Positions 1-25,170 of a DNA stretch of 64,000 nucleotides are shown in pieces (position 1 is the first letter of the stretch; every line of letters begins with the position of its first letter). Made by a program: the position numbers and the translations under genes. Origin of the DNA: Chrysomallon squamiferum (Eukaryota > Animalia > Mollusca); contig CM022667.1 of the NCBI GenBank assembly GCA_012295275.1, positions 10,416,001-10,480,000 on the forward strand, given 5' to 3'. Under the pieces are notes generated by a model. That model ran no database searches, was not told where the DNA came from, and saw only the letters and a program-made list of their open reading frames with translations.

Positions 1-91
1 TATGCATAAAGGTGACCTTGATGTTTTCCTTCAACACGATCCATTAATAACAAAGACCTAATATAAAATAAAAAAAAAAAAAAAAAATAAA

Positions 92-141
<50 letters not shown>

Positions 142-941
142 GAGCAATAATAAAAATAAAAAGAAAAAGAAAAGAAAACAGAAAAAAAGATTTAGTCACG
201 ATTCCACAAATTAACGAGTATTTTACCTTACAGAATCACATTAAAAATATTCTTTAATTATCTCCCTTTTATGTTACCGCTTCTTTCTAATTACCTTTTC
301 TTTTCTTTTTGAAAATTTTAATTATTATTTTCTTTTGCGCATTACATATAATAGCCTTTTTTCCTTTCGTTTTTCATGTCAAAAAATATCACTGGTTTGT
401 GTAAATGTCACCAGACGAAATTTAGAAAGCCAAAGATTCCCAAATTTCAAATTTTCCCTTACGTTCATAATTAATAGACTATTTTATTGCATACTTTGCC
501 TAATTGAGTTGATCGTAGTAATTATAAATTCACTTTGTTGATGTTTAGCTGAAAGCTATTTTTAATCTTACAGGTTAGACAAGATTTATAAATAAAAAAC
601 CCAAAAACTAATAATAATAAATTTAAAATAAATGCAAGTACACTGTATATTAAACATGAACATATAATTTAAAATTTTGTTTTTATTATGTTGTGATATC
701 GTATGCTATTCGATGCTGTGCTATGTTATGCAATTCTATGCTATATTATACTGCTATGTTGGGTTTGTAGTATAGGGTAACATGTCAAGTCTAGTATAGT
801 GTTGTATAGTATAGAATGGTATAATGTAATATACTGTACTTCAGTACACTATATTATAGTATGCTATGCAATATTGTATGTGTATACATTTTACTTTATA
901 TTAATTTTATTTATTTTATTTTATTATGATTTTTAATGTTC

Positions 942-984
<43 letters not shown>

Positions 985-1080
985 TTATAGATTTTGAAGC
1001 TAACACAATTACTAATCTTACTAAAACATTGAAATCAGAAGAGGGAAAGGTGAAATAATGATTGCTATTATCGCCAAAAC

Positions 1081-1132
<52 letters not shown>

Positions 1133-1564
1133 AATTTTTCGTTAATGTTGTTTTCTGTCATCCGTTTTGGACGTAAAACACCTGGTAATTCGGATATATA
1201 ATCTTTCGAATAAAACTACATTTTTTAATTAGTATTGAAAAACACAAAAAAAAAAAACTTCCATTAAGCACAACAACGATAAATTCTCAATAGTTAGACA
1301 GTTTAAAACAACAAACTTCAAGGTTGAGTGCACGCACTGTCATCACACGACAGCAACTCAATCATCCGTGAAAAGAAGGATTACGACGGAAAAACGGAAT
1401 ACTATGTAAATAGTTTATTAATTTTGTTGAGATTTAGGGGAATTCCGATCGACTTTTACATCCGATATCAATGAATGTTTTTAATAAGCGGGATTGTATT
1501 GCTTAAAATAACATCTATAAGCATACGTGTGTGTGTTTGTGTGTGTATATGTCTATGTGTGTGT

Positions 1565-1599
<35 letters not shown>

Positions 1600-2062
1600 T
1601 GATCATATATTTTGTGTGTGATTAAGTTCTGGAAAAAGACTCGAATTGGTAGTGTTAAAATAAAATAAATAGTACAAATAAAAATAATAAAAGCACAGAA
1701 ACACATATGCATATACACATACATACATACATACATACATATATACATACATACACGTACATACAACATGTATTTACAATGATCCATAGACAGATGCAAC
1801 CATCCACACACACACATACAAACACACACACACATATGCAAACACACGTATACACACATCTATAGATTATAGGAAACATAATTAGTTAATTAACTGATCA
1901 AGTTTCATTTGGCCAGTGTAGTCTCAGAGAGAACTCACACGTTTTAATTTAATGTGGCATTTTCTTATTCGATGAAACTATATATATGTGTGATAGTGAA
2001 AATGAAACTATATATATATGTGTATATATTTGTCTGTATATTTATCTATCTATCTATATCTA

Positions 2063-2129
<67 letters not shown>

Positions 2130-2967
2130 ATGATGCCAATGGTCAAGGTCAAGCGAATAAGAAAATGCAACATTATATATATATATATATAGTTTCATTT
2201 TGTTCGTGACTGTATTCAACGGCGAGTCTTTAATATCCAATTAGTTTGCAAGAGAAACTGCTCTAAAATATAAATCAAAATGAAAATGAAATTCCCCGTT
2301 CTCAATCAGCCTACATAACTTTGACATTTACCTATTAAAATTATATCAAATCTGTTTCCAGTCTTTAAACACACTGCACAGTTATTCGAGTGCATTTGTC
2401 CTTGGAACGTGATTTGTAAATAGGGATGGAAACATTATATTTATTTTTAATTTTATTTTCCGTGTTTAAACTTAGAACGTTAACCTAGAAGTATGTATCG
2501 ATTCCCGGGCTGTATTCACTACCCGTTGTTCTCAATATCTCATCCGAAAAGGACTTAAACAAAAAGGTACTTTAGCCAGGAAAAATAATAACAACAGCAA
2601 CAAAACGTTTGGATTAGTTAAATATTTAGGGCTGATGGAGCTGTTAATGGATTCTTTAGCATAGATTTCTTTATGCATGGCTTAAGCAGCGGAAAATGCA
2701 AAATTTTTATTATTTTTGTAGCAATAAACGCTGTGTTGAAACATGATAACTTTATATATCAAGACACACCCATAATGGGCGATGAATAAGCGACATTACA
2801 AAGCTTAAAAGAGAGAGGGTTTAAAATTAGACACTGCGTATGAATGATTATCACGGAGATACATTGAACATAAATAATACATTAATATAATATGCGCTAG
2901 TTTTGGCCTAAGGGCAGACTGTTACACACTGCAAAATATCAGAATATATTAAGACTGAGGAGAGGTT

Positions 2968-3156
2968 GTGACGTAACAGACGTATTTGTGTTGGCGTAAC
3001 TAATTTATTTGCGATGACGTAACAAATGCACTAACGTCACAAATATATTTACGCTGATGTAACAAATGCATTGGTGCTAACGTAACAAATTTATTTGCGC
3101 TGAGGTAATAAATGTATTGACGTCACAACGTTATTTGCGTTGATGTCACAGATTTA
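2968..3156. repeat. Degenerate ~23-bp minisatellite (consensus ~TGACGTAACAAATTTATTTGCGC)
   Basis: About 9 imperfect copies are visible by eye. Confidence 0.75.
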
Positions 3157-4178
3157 TCTGTCTGTCTGTCTGTCTATACGTCTGTTGGTCTCACTCTTTT
3201 TTCAAACATTCCTAAATGCATCGCTGTTTCTCCGCAAACTCCAATACTTATTTTACTTGCACAGCTTTATTAACGCTTAACATTTTAAAACCGTTATTAA
3301 CTTATTTTCAAAGACTAATAGTAAAAGCGTTCTATAACCTCGACGGATTTTAATTTTATTTATTAATTTTTGTCATGTCTGTAGTCTAATAATTGACATT
3401 TCACAATTATTGTTAACATTTCTAGGCAGTGTTCAACAAAAAAAAAACAGTTCCTTTCACTTCCATTTGACAACACGCGTACATGAGAAATTAAAATTTA
3501 CATTTGAAGATTATTTGTCAGTTTTGCAGTCCAGACAAGAGTCAATAGTTAAAGAAAGAAAGGAAAACAAAAATGCGTTTACTAATTTTGTTCCATTAAT
3601 TTTCCCATTTAGCCATTGAAAACGTTAATACGTGAATACGCCAACTCGCATTTTGTAAGAAAATCAGCAAATTTAACCACTTATGCTACTGCTATTTATA
3701 ACATTTTATATCTTTTTTTTTCTTTCTTTTTCCTCTTTTTATTATTTTTTAAAAATTTATGAAACACTCATGCGATAAGTCTGCAAAAATATTTTACTAG
3801 TTAATTTTGTTTTATCCAGTTTGGTTATTCCATTAATACATGTCTCTTTTTTTTTTTTTTTTTTTTTTTTCTTTAATATACGAAAACAAATATACATTCC
3901 TCGTTATTTAATTGTGAAAAGTATAAAAGACAGCATGTCACAGAATAATCATACTTTCACATCCTTTGAAAACGAAATTAATGATTAAATATCAGTTTGT
4001 GTTTTTTCCGCAGTGATTGGCGACGTCCCAGGAATATTTCTGTGAAGTCGTCAGCAGATAGCGGTTGATGACGCCCCCGCACTTCAGGAGACAATGGTAT
4101 ATATCAGAAGCGAGGAACTGGAATCTTCCCAGGGTATGTGTAGAACCAGAGAAGCTACGGATTTCGTAAGAGCGGAAA

Positions 4179-13154
<8,976 letters not shown>

Positions 13155-13361
13155 CTCTAACGTTTCGAAGACGCCACTAGAAACTCAGTATGGCTGAACT
13201 AGATTTTTTCAGAAACGTAGCCATCGCGACAAAGAGTGCATTAATCCACTCCATTTTAAAACAGTGACAGTTAAAACATAAATAATTTTTTTTTTTTTTT
13301 TTTTTTCTGAACTTCAGTTTCATAATTATACTGATATATAAAATATTATCACGGATGACTT

Positions 13362-13664
13362 GGGCCAGATTTAGGCAAGCGAGACCAAAACCACAAAGCG
13401 AAAACGTTGACCCAGTTTTTAACGATTGTCGCAAGTGAAAGTAGGACATTGCAACAAAGGAATTTTACGAATCTGTGCAGACGTTATTCAACAAGACACT
13501 TCTTTCAGAACCTTAGCTTTGCAGAAAAGTCTGAACCTCTTTTTGAAAGTGTTAACGGGGCATTTAAAGGTGTATAATAAAAGAAGTGATCTTTTGAAAG
13601 ACTTTTTCATTCTGTGTGGCCGTCATAACGTGGAGTTTGTTTAGCTTTTGCCTAAATCTGGCCC
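13362..13664. mobile_element. MITE-like element with perfect 17-bp terminal inverted repeats, in the probable 3' UTR of CRISP-like gene 1
   Basis: GGGCCAGATTTAGGCAA (13362-13378) and TTGCCTAAATCTGGCCC (13648-13664) enclose 303 bp of non-coding sequence. There is no clear target-site duplication. Confidence 0.75.
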
Positions 13665-13681
13665 GTGTATAATCGCATTCC

Positions 13682-13734
<53 letters not shown>

Positions 13735-14054
13735 TTAAATTTCATTGTATACGAATGAAATAAAATTACAATGAACTGAAATGTTTGGTTTTATTTTATT
13801 TTTCTCAGTTAATACGTACTGTTTAATCATTTTAAAGAAAAATAAACGGGTCTAATCACCGATGAATGTTAATTTGCATATACAACAAAAAAACAAAAAC
13901 AAAAGAAATATGCTTTGGTGCTCATTTGTAAGAATAATCCTATAAAGGGATGGAGGGTTTTCTCCCTTTGGTTATTATAACAATACAAGAAAATGTCTAA
14001 CGTATTAATAATAAATAATAAAATGCGTCGAGCAGAAGTCAGGTATTAGTTAAT

Positions 14055-14097
<43 letters not shown>

Positions 14098-15593
14098 TAA
14101 TTATCTGTTTTTCTTTTCTTTCTTTCTTTCTTATTTGTTCATCACATTCATCGTCATCATTGTCATCTGATTTTGTCTTTTTGTTTAAGTTATATTTACC
14201 ACGTTGACATGCTCTTTCTCATTTTCTGTTTGTTTTTTGTTTTTGTTTTTTCCCCCCACTAAATTAATGATTCTGCTTTTGCTTATCTCACAGTCTACGT
14301 CAATCTCTTTTAACAGCCAGTTTCGACTTTTGATCACGTCAATACTAAGACTGAGTCGACGCAAAACTACGCCATGTCACAAACATATCGATTTCTCGCA
14401 ACATGCTTAGGAATACGGAAACGAAATTAAGACCACGATACATATTCACTTTGGATCGTAAACGTGTCACCATTTTGAATTTAACTGATACATGCGTGCT
14501 GCCAAAGAATATGGTAAAACTCGAGAACATCAATTCGTAACATTGTTTTAAGTGGATGTCGGGATTTCTGTATTTTTAAACAGTAAAAACATAAAAACCC
14601 AGGTGACTTGTGTTACCTGCACGATATTTGGTTCATAACGATATTAGACTACATTTCTTCACAATCCAATTATATATACGTGTGAAGTAAAACAATAATA
14701 TAGCAAATGCAATACAAAGTTTTAAATTCAATAATTTAGTTTTACAAAAACAATTCAAAATTCCTTCTAGAATTAACATAAGTTCAAAACTGTATTAATT
14801 GCTTACCTCATTTCCATGAAATATTTACAACATATTAGGTAAGGACAGAAATCTTCCTTATATCTTTACTTAGAAACCTTCAACGTAGCAACCAAATATT
14901 CTGAGAATGAAAACAAGTTTTTGAATCTCCTTTTTTTTAAAAAGGAGAAATTAAATTAATATAATTTTTTTTTTTTTTTTTTTTTTTTTTCAATTTCCGA
15001 GAAAAACAAAAGAAAAAATAATAATGGATTAAAAGTGAAATATTAAATCAAAGTAGCAGGTTCCACAGTAAATATACTTCGTTCTTTTCAACAACTGTAC
15101 CACTGCCGTTTTCATTTTAAAAATCCTAGAAGTAGACTATGGAATCACAATTATGGCTTTCTTTTCGATATACGTATATATATATATATTTGTGTGTGTG
15201 TGTAGAGAGAGAGAAAGAGAGAGACTGGTACTGTATACAGCAGAGTGATTCTGACACTGAAAATCAATGAAATAATTCAAGCACAGATGTGAAATGTGTG
15301 TACACGGAGTGAATGCAGAAAGGAATGCAGTCTGTTTAGTGATCTTACTGATACAGATACGAAACGTATACAAATAGGTTACAGTTAGTAAAAAGCCACC
15401 AAAAAACAGAAAATATAAGGACAATAAAAAATAAATAAATAAATAAAAATTAAAAGCCACAATTTATTAAAGCCAAAATATATAATTAAAATAAATAAAT
15501 AAATAAATAAAATCCAAGAATTAAAATATGCAACCAATAAGGACATAGAAATGTGGGATAAAATCCGGGTTTACAACTGTTCTTATTGTCGAC

Positions 15594-15629
<36 letters not shown>

Positions 15630-15961
15630 AGCAAATAGTGCATATAAAGTCTAATAATACAATATGTATAATTAGTGATGTAAAAAGTTACTTAATAGAA
15701 ACTTTGTACGATAAAAAGTAATGTAACCGTGTTGCTGAAAAGTAATAAAAGATTTATATTTTAATATATCAGGGTTGAATATAAAAAAAAAAATAATAAT
15801 AGCAATTAAAAAACAGAATAATATTAATAAAAATCATATAAATAAATAAATAAAATAAAATAAATTTAATGTCGAGTTTGAAAGTATAATGAAACAAATA
15901 TCTTGGTTAATTATGTAGATATTAGACATTAAATATCTTGCCAATACATAACGTTGTCCAA

Positions 15962-16172
15962 GGATTTACCACGACCGGTTAGAAACTCAAGTTTCGTCGG
16001 ATCGGTTCCTCTTGGTGGACCCGTTGAGCTATTTCACGTTCCAGCCAGAGCTTCACAACACTGCAACAAAGGCTATAGCTTCATACCTGTGAAATGATGC
16101 ATGTTAAAGTTTCCTGGCTCCTAATCGGAAAGAGTAGGCCTTGAACTGAAGCACACGCGTTTTTCTCTCTCT
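15962..16172 (+). mobile_element. SINE-like interspersed repeat fragment
   Basis: GC-richer island with a B-box-like GGATCGGTTCC followed by ..GCTATTTCACGTTCCAGCCAG..CAAAGGCT..CTAATCGGAAAGAGTAG. From memory it resembles gastropod tRNA-derived SINEs (not verified by search). More decayed relatives lie near 9725-9780 (+) and 35900-35995 (-). Confidence 0.55.
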
Positions 16173-16313
16173 GAAACTGTAAATAAAATAAATCCACTTA
16201 ATCGACAAATAAAACATTTACGTCTTTCGTTTAGTCATATTTAAATTGAATTTTATTATTATTATTAATTATTATTATTATTATTATTATTATTGTTAAA
16301 ATTATCATCATCA

Positions 16314-16347
<34 letters not shown>

Positions 16348-16942
16348 AATTATCATCATCATCATCGTCATTATTATTATTATCATTATTATGATATTAT
16401 TATTAATATTGTAATTATTATTATTATCATCATCATCATCATTATTATTATTATTATCATTTCACGATTTCAAGTGATAACAAGAATGCTAAATAACAAA
16501 CCTGACAAACCCTTTATCAAAATGTTTTCTTACCGCGTTCAGCAGCTTTTGTGTTTCTTGAGCTGGCGATGTCTTGGTGGGGTATAAGTGCCACATAAAC
16601 AGACTCGGAATGTCAAAGCCACCTGTTCACTAACGATTACTCCGTCTAATAATTTTTTTTTGAAAAATCTCAATTAAAACTGGATATTCACACTTGCCCA
16701 TTTCATCGATTATGAACAGTAATCTATTTTTTACTTTTTGGGTGTGTAGTTGTTGTTGTTCAGCCTAGGCTGAATTTCCAATAAAAAATAATGAATATCT
16801 ATTTCCTGAGCACATAAATTATTTTAAAACTTATGGCGTGAAAAACATAAACGTAGTAATATATATATTTGGTTTCAGTAAATGTTTTGTTGAGTTATAT
16901 TATTTTTATCGAAGACAGCAACAAAAACAACAACGACAACAC

Positions 16943-17018
<76 letters not shown>

Positions 17019-17173
17019 AATAATAATAATAATAATGGTAATAATAATAGATATAACTAATAACAAATCATAATTATAATATTAATAGTAATTACATAAT
17101 ATTATGTATTTAACTACTTGCGAATTTCCTTACTAAACTATCTGCATCTCTGGCCTGCTATGTTTTGTTTTTA

Positions 17174-17204
<31 letters not shown>

Positions 17205-17766
17205 CGAAAAAAAAAAAAAAAAATACTGAAAGCAAACCAAAACAAAACAGCATAACAACAACCATAATAAAAAAAAAAAAAAAAAAAAAAAAAACAAGAC
17301 TGGCCTACAAATATCTTGTTATTCGCAACAACCAATTTAAGTTTCTTTCTAAAACAGGAAACTCGCAACAAACAAATAAAACGCTGTACAAAAATAATTT
17401 AAAAAAAACAAAAAAAAAAACCTGTTATGGATAATTTTCTCAATTTTTTAATTAAAAAACAGCAGAAGCAGCAGCTATGAAAATAAAGCACGAACACACG
17501 GACGTAAGAGAACAACGTAAAATAACCTAACGATTTATCAATATCGAAGTAAGATTAAGCAAAAGAATTTGTACGTTGGGAAGTATTTAAAAAAAAAAAA
17601 AAAACTATTTTATTTCGTCAAAAAGAACATATTGTTTTGCAAACAGCCTTAACACATGCTGTTTTGTTTTTAGTATAAATCAATTCCTCATAAAATAACG
17701 GTAACAGAAATTAAAAGGCAAAAATAGTCTCCCACAAAATAAATAAATAAATTAATTAATTAATTA

Positions 17767-17820
<54 letters not shown>

Positions 17821-17847
17821 CATAATCATAATAAAATTCAAAATAAA

Positions 17848-17904
<57 letters not shown>

Positions 17905-18741
17905 CATACAAACATGCATAAATGAATAAATAAATAAAAAAATACAATTCAAAATAGATTATGTGCTATATTACATTCTGTATTTCATAAACGACTGCTG
18001 GTCTCATAAAACTGTTTATAAATACTTAATCAATAAAACAAAAGAAGCCCAAAACGTTCAGTCGATTTTAATTAGATTTGTATATTAGATAGGTGCGTGG
18101 GTTCGCTTCGGTGTATTTGTATGAATACGTAGGTGAACAAGTGGGTTTGTGTGAACGAAAACTGTTTGTAAAAACGTGTTTGTTGTATACGTATACGTAT
18201 AAATACACAAATCTTTAACAACACATCCAGCAATACAATGCAAAAGAAATACATAAATAACAGAAAACCTTACCATTCTAAAAACTCTACAAAGAATGAG
18301 TTTACAAGAAAATCCACAGCGGTATATGGTTATAAATGTGTCATTAACTAAATGTATTAACAGGTAACAGAAAACAAATGTATAACTATATCATGGCCTT
18401 TAAAATAATAAATCAGCCTCGGGTTCTGTTTGGATGTGAAAAAAAATGCTTTATCTGATTAATATTTTATTTTATTTTATTTTATTTTATGTTTTTTATC
18501 TATTGTTGTTTATATATTTGTTTCTTACAATAAAGTAGAATTTAAGTATAAAGGGACTCACTCTTTCGGGACTTTTTGTAATAAAAATTTCTTTCTTTTT
18601 TTTTCTCTTTTTTCTTTTTCTTTTACTTTCGTTTTTGCACCATTATTTCTTTCTTGTCTTTTTCTTTTTTCTTTTTTCTTTTTTATGATTATTATTATTA
18701 TATCTCCACTGGTCGCTCTGGTTTTTTTTTTCGGGTATTTG

Positions 18742-18841
<100 letters not shown>

Positions 18842-19247
18842 ATAAACAGGTAGACCACATGCTCTTTCAGTACTGGACTCTGAAAATTGATAGTTTGTAA
18901 TAGAAATAGAAATGTAACCAAATTTCAAACACTTCAGGGAATTTGCTCACTTCACCTCATCAATATTTTTTTTTTTTTATAAGTCAGCAATGAATGTCAA
19001 AGGTGAGGAATTAACCTTCTCTGTTGCTCCTTTCACGAGCGTTAATTTTTCTCATGAGAATAATTTCATTTTTTTTTTTTTTTTTTTCGTTTTTCTTTGT
19101 TTCAAACTTTAACAAAATTGTAACAGATTTGTAGGACATGTACACTAATGTTTCTCTCTTATTTCTAACACAAATATCTAAAGTCACCAAGAAGTGCAAA
19201 ATAAATAAAAAACATAAACAAAAAAAACATAAACAAACGACTAGAGT

Positions 19248-19592
<345 letters not shown>

Positions 19593-20181
19593 ACTAATAA
19601 AACAGAAATACGGATAAGCAGAGAGACAAACAGAACTACAAACACAAAGTGCTATGTTTAAGGAGATCTCTTGATGAATGAAGTGCTGGGAAAAAGAGGA
19701 CGTATTTCTGATTTAACCTGATGTTTCCTATTACTGGACAACAGACAAGGTGACAAAATGGAACAGAGGAAACAGAGATAAATAATAACGCATTGAGCTC
19801 ATGTTTATCTTCGTGTTTGCTTCACAGATGAAAAAGCAGTTTACCTGAAACATCTTTCCTTAATGCAAACTGTCTATTGTTTTGTTTTCTGCCAAACACT
19901 GAAGTAATTATTGCAGTTTTGTTTTAATGATTATCATTGCATATTTATGTTCTATAAAGTGTTATATATATATATATATATTATAATTAACGTATATTAA
20001 ATAATGATAATAGTTATTAGAGAGGAAAGCCGTTGTCGTGTGCGTGTGTATGTGCGCGTGTGTGTGCGTTTAAGTACAAATAAAATAGAATGAATGACAT
20101 TAAATGAACAGATAAACCATAAATAAAAACAAACAACAACGAAATATGTGAAAATATTTTAAAATCAAATTATATTATCAA

Positions 20182-20244
<63 letters not shown>

Positions 20245-20691
20245 TAATAACACAATAACAATAACAAGCAGATGAACAACTTAGCCGTCGTTCAAAAGCA
20301 TTAAATCTTTTGATTCGCCTCGACCAAAAAAAATCCCCAAATTCTCTTGAAGTGCAGTTTCAATCATTTTTTAATTTAACGTCTTTTTCGACATTAATTA
20401 CAAAAGAAAATTTATCTAAGGCTTTCGTCTTTGTCGTCTGTTACACTCTATATTATCTTGTAACTGAATACAAAATAATTTACTTTAAGGTACACACTGA
20501 CGCGACATCTAAAGTATTTACGTATATAAGTACGAACAGACATTCTTTGATGTTGATAGCCCATTATATATTAATAAAGATATTGATCTTACAAATGATA
20601 TGCTAACTATATATATATATATAGATAGATAGATAGATAGATAGATAGCTTTAAAAAAAAATAACATAAAAAAAGCAGCTACAAGTATATA

Positions 20692-20769
<78 letters not shown>

Positions 20770-21571
20770 AAGCCAGATGGCCTTATCTATTCGCGTACCT
20801 ACCTCTCATACACGCACATACGCATGCACACGTATATGCATAGTTATCATCTACCTGTCTACCTCTCTTTCTATATAATAAATGTTTGTGCATTTATGTG
20901 TCTCTCTCTGTGTGTGTATGTGTGTATGTGTGTGTGCGTGTGTGTATGTGTGTGTGTGTATGTGTGTGTGTCTTTTTATAAAAGATGATGATCAAATGAA
21001 TTTTTTGCACTGGCCCTGTAGGACACGAAGGAACGTATTTATTAAAATTCAGCATCTTGTTTTTAACGAGTAATTCTGAGAGATCGTCACGATTTCATTT
21101 ATTACTTAGTCAGATGATTAACGACGTCATTAACTGACACGACGTCTCAAAGCAAAAACTGCAGCGATGACTGACGCCCTGTCAACCTCGGTTCGATCCT
21201 CAAATGGGAAGATTTCCGCAGACCTTTATTTAGCGAGCTTTGAGTGCGCATGCGTTTTGAAAGACCCCTCGATGCTGATGGTTTAAAAATTCCACTGGGT
21301 TCAGTTCTAAACGATAGGATGTCGGAATTAATCAAATGTTTGGTCCTGCTGTGATAGAAAATTAATCAGTGTGATCTAACGATGTCTTTAAGCGAAATGC
21401 AAGTTGAAATAACAAATGGATGTCTGGAACAGTCACGACGCTGTTCGTGTAGTGGGTGGGTGATCAAGTGTGACATTATTGGATTCGTGAAGCTGACTCG
21501 AGGGTAATTAACGCAATGTGATTGAATCGTGACCCGAGGCGCTGTTTTCACTGACAAATGAGATAACGTGT

Positions 21572-21607
<36 letters not shown>

Positions 21608-21806
21608 TTATTAATTGATTAATTAATTTTTTTTTTTTTTATTATTATTTATTATTATTATTATAATTATTATTATTATTATTATTTTTTTTTTTTTTAA
21701 TAAATATCTTCTTGAAAACAAATAAGCAGATAAAGAAAAGAAGAAGGAAAATAAGAAATGGAAAGCGGAGAAAGATTAGAAGAAGAAGAAGAACAAGAAC
21801 AACAAG

Positions 21807-21838
<32 letters not shown>

Positions 21839-22157
21839 GAAATTGAGAAGAAGAAAAAGAAGAAGAAGAAAAAGACGAAAACACTTTAAATCAGAATTTT
21901 TGTTTTCATTCTTATCATTATCAACAAATAATAATAATAATAATTAAAATAAAATAATAACGCCTCTTGTTTTTTGACAAGTCTTCTGTACTTCTCTGTT
22001 TTTTATGGGTTTATCTCTTATTTTTATTAATATTTTATCTTTTTTTTCTCTTCCACTTTTTTTTTTACAATAACACCACAACGCTATCCTGAAAAAACGA
22101 AACAGATTTCATATGTATTTTAGTTGAAATAACGATATTTAAAATAATAATAATATA

Positions 22158-22220
<63 letters not shown>

Positions 22221-22290
22221 CAACAACAACAATAATAACAAAAACAGCTGTAGTAACAACAATAATGAAAAAAATAATAATATATTTTAA

Positions 22291-22388
22291 TTTTCTATAT
22301 CAGATTCTATTATTAGAATCGATAATAACCTTTCACGATTTCTTTTCAGAAATAATGACTTCTCAATCGTATTTCTTTCTTTTCATTT

Positions 22389-22422
<34 letters not shown>

Positions 22423-23040
22423 TTGCAGTTTAATAGCAAGTGATACTGTTTTGTTCCACATCTAATTTCATTTTAATCAATCTCTGTTTTGTTACATCTT
22501 TTTGTCTGTGTGTGTGTGTGCGTTGGCGGCCATATCATTACCTCACAATTATTTCTTTTGTGGATTTTATTGAACTAATTTTTATTTATTTTTTTTAATA
22601 ATAAGAATTTAATCAATAGAAAAAAATTGTTTATCTCGTTTTTCTTTCATTCTCAGTTTATTAAAAGTGTAAACGTTATCTTTGATATTTTGTTTCTTTG
22701 TAAAACGCAAAGATAAATTAGTAAGCTTGTACAGAGTGCATTTAAGTTCAGTTTGCTCTGCTGCAAATTTTTCATTTATGTATAAGCCGCTTTTGGTATA
22801 ATTATTTACTTTTCTTTAGTTTATTGTTATTGTTATTGTTATTGTTATTTTTATCTTCATCAGCATCATTACGTTATCGTTATTACTATTATTATGATTA
22901 TTGTGTTTATGATATCATTATGTTTATGATATTATTATTAATGGAGGTGGTATCCAGATTTAAGCTGCTATACGGACATCCTTGTTGTTAATTCGCTTTT
23001 GTACATGATCTTCGCAGTACTAAAGAGGACGTGACCCAGT
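22291..23040 (-). repeat. ~750-bp inverted duplication, left arm
   Basis: Reverse complement of 32491-33252, e.g. GTTGGCGGCCATATCATTACCTCACAATTATTTCTTTTGTGGATTTTATTGAA vs TTCAATAAAATCCACAAAAGAAATAATTGTGAGGTAATGATATGGCCGCCAAC. Confidence 0.92.
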
Positions 23041-23184
23041 TCATTGTCCAATCAAATGCACGTACCAGCCGCCATGTTTGTTTTGAATAAGCTAATAAAT
23101 AACGCAAAGAGAAAAATGGTTTGTTATTCTTGTTGACACTCTCTGTATTCTATTTATATAGCTGTTATTTAATATGAACAACCT

Positions 23185-23293
<109 letters not shown>

Positions 23294-24622
23294 ATGTGTG
23301 TGTCTGTGATATATCTATATATGTATGTGTGTGTGTGTGCGTGCCATTCTCTGCGCCCCTCAATTTCTTTTTTAAAAGTTTTATATATACAGTTACGTAC
23401 ATCTGTATATGATACATTCAGAAACAGAGATACTTAATATAGGGACAACAGTGTATTTACACGGACGTCATCGTTCAGGATGCATACTCACAAGATAAAA
23501 AAGGGCGGACAGATTTGGCGGATAACACCAATAAATTTCGAATCGTTAATTTTAGGTCTTCCTCGACACTTCCGGTATAGACACTGGGTATTTAAGTGGA
23601 AACGTTTCATGACCATATTTCTTCTTGTTCTTCTTCTTCTTCTTCTTTTTCGTCTTTTTCTTTCTCAAGCACAGAACCTTTGAGAGTTTTTTGGGGGACC
23701 TTGTCAAGGCTATCTGTTCTACAGCTGCAGACGATGTCTAAATGTCAAAAAACATCGATTACGAAACCATCACGAAACGCTCGGAAATAGTCTCAATCCA
23801 TACTTAATTTGACCGTTTTTCATCCTAACGAACATGGCGAGATTCTATTATTGACTTCAAAGGCGAAACTAAATACCTGGCAGCAAAAATACAAAGGAGA
23901 TATATAATTGCTTAATTAAAAGTCATGACGATGGCAAGGAACAGTGCGATTGTTTTATTGTGTGGGCGGTCGTGACGTCATTTGTGACCTTGATGTCAAT
24001 AAAGGTGATATCTGTTACCCGTCCTCGTTAATATAAAAACACAATTTATGATTACAGGTAAGTATTTGGATAATTATGATGGAACAACTACAACATTACG
24101 GGGATTCAAAATCAAATTTCGGTTTTCTGTTTTGCATTTTAATGGTCTGCTGTTATTAAAAAAAAATCTGAACTGAAAACAAAAAAAGTGAAACATTAAT
24201 GAGATGGTTTCCATAGTGTTTGTGACGTCATCAACTTTTCTTTTTGGAGGTAAGTATATAGTCACCGTCTCCTTTTGACCACTTTCTGGTATTATCAAAA
24301 TTGAGTGTTTTTACCTCTACAGACATTTTAGTATTAACGTTTGCTAAATATCAACGTTTTAATTTTTGGAATGATTGCACGAGAAGGAAAAATATGAGGT
24401 GGGTTACTCTTACCAATAAAAAGAAAGGAAGGAGGGTTTATATGTCACTCCCATAAACAGAAACATTAGTTGTGATGGGTCAGTCCATTCCCCGCTCAGA
24501 ATTGATCCTGTGGCCTACAGCTTAGCAGATTAGAGCCTGAAAGTTGAACATTCAGACAGAAAAGAATATGATTTTTTTCAAAACATAAGCGAAGAAGAGT
24601 AACAACAACAAAAAACAACAAC

Positions 24623-24670
<48 letters not shown>

Positions 24671-25046
24671 TAATAATAATAATAATAAATAATAAATAAA
24701 TAAATAAATTTAAGACATAAACAAAACATATAACAAAAACAAACAAGGAAAATGAAAATAAAATAAAAATTTGAATGTTCTTCCTTATTTCTACACCCGA
24801 TTCTTAGTTTTGTAAATCTTTAAAACATAAAACGATATAAAAAAAATATATATATATATATAAGCACATTTAATTGCTTATTATGCTTGTTATGTTTTAT
24901 TTGATTATCTATCTGTCTGTCCGTCTGTTTATCTTTCTGTCTTTCTGACTGTCGAAAGATAGAGATAAACAGAAAGAAAGTGAAATATAGATAGACGGAG
25001 AAACATACAGATAGATAGAATGAAAAATAGGCAGATAGAGAAAAAT

Positions 25047-25170
<124 letters not shown>

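Noticed and set aside
14330-18330. Scattered minus-strand donor/acceptor-like sites (e.g. ~14805, ~16532, ~18272) suggesting an antisense gene
   Set aside because: No coherent spliced ORF could be built. A lncRNA cannot be excluded without RNA data.
21080-21570. GC-richer island with short ORFs and an NRF1-like TGCGCATGCG
   Set aside because: No recognisable protein or splice structure; a regulatory role cannot be supported from sequence alone.
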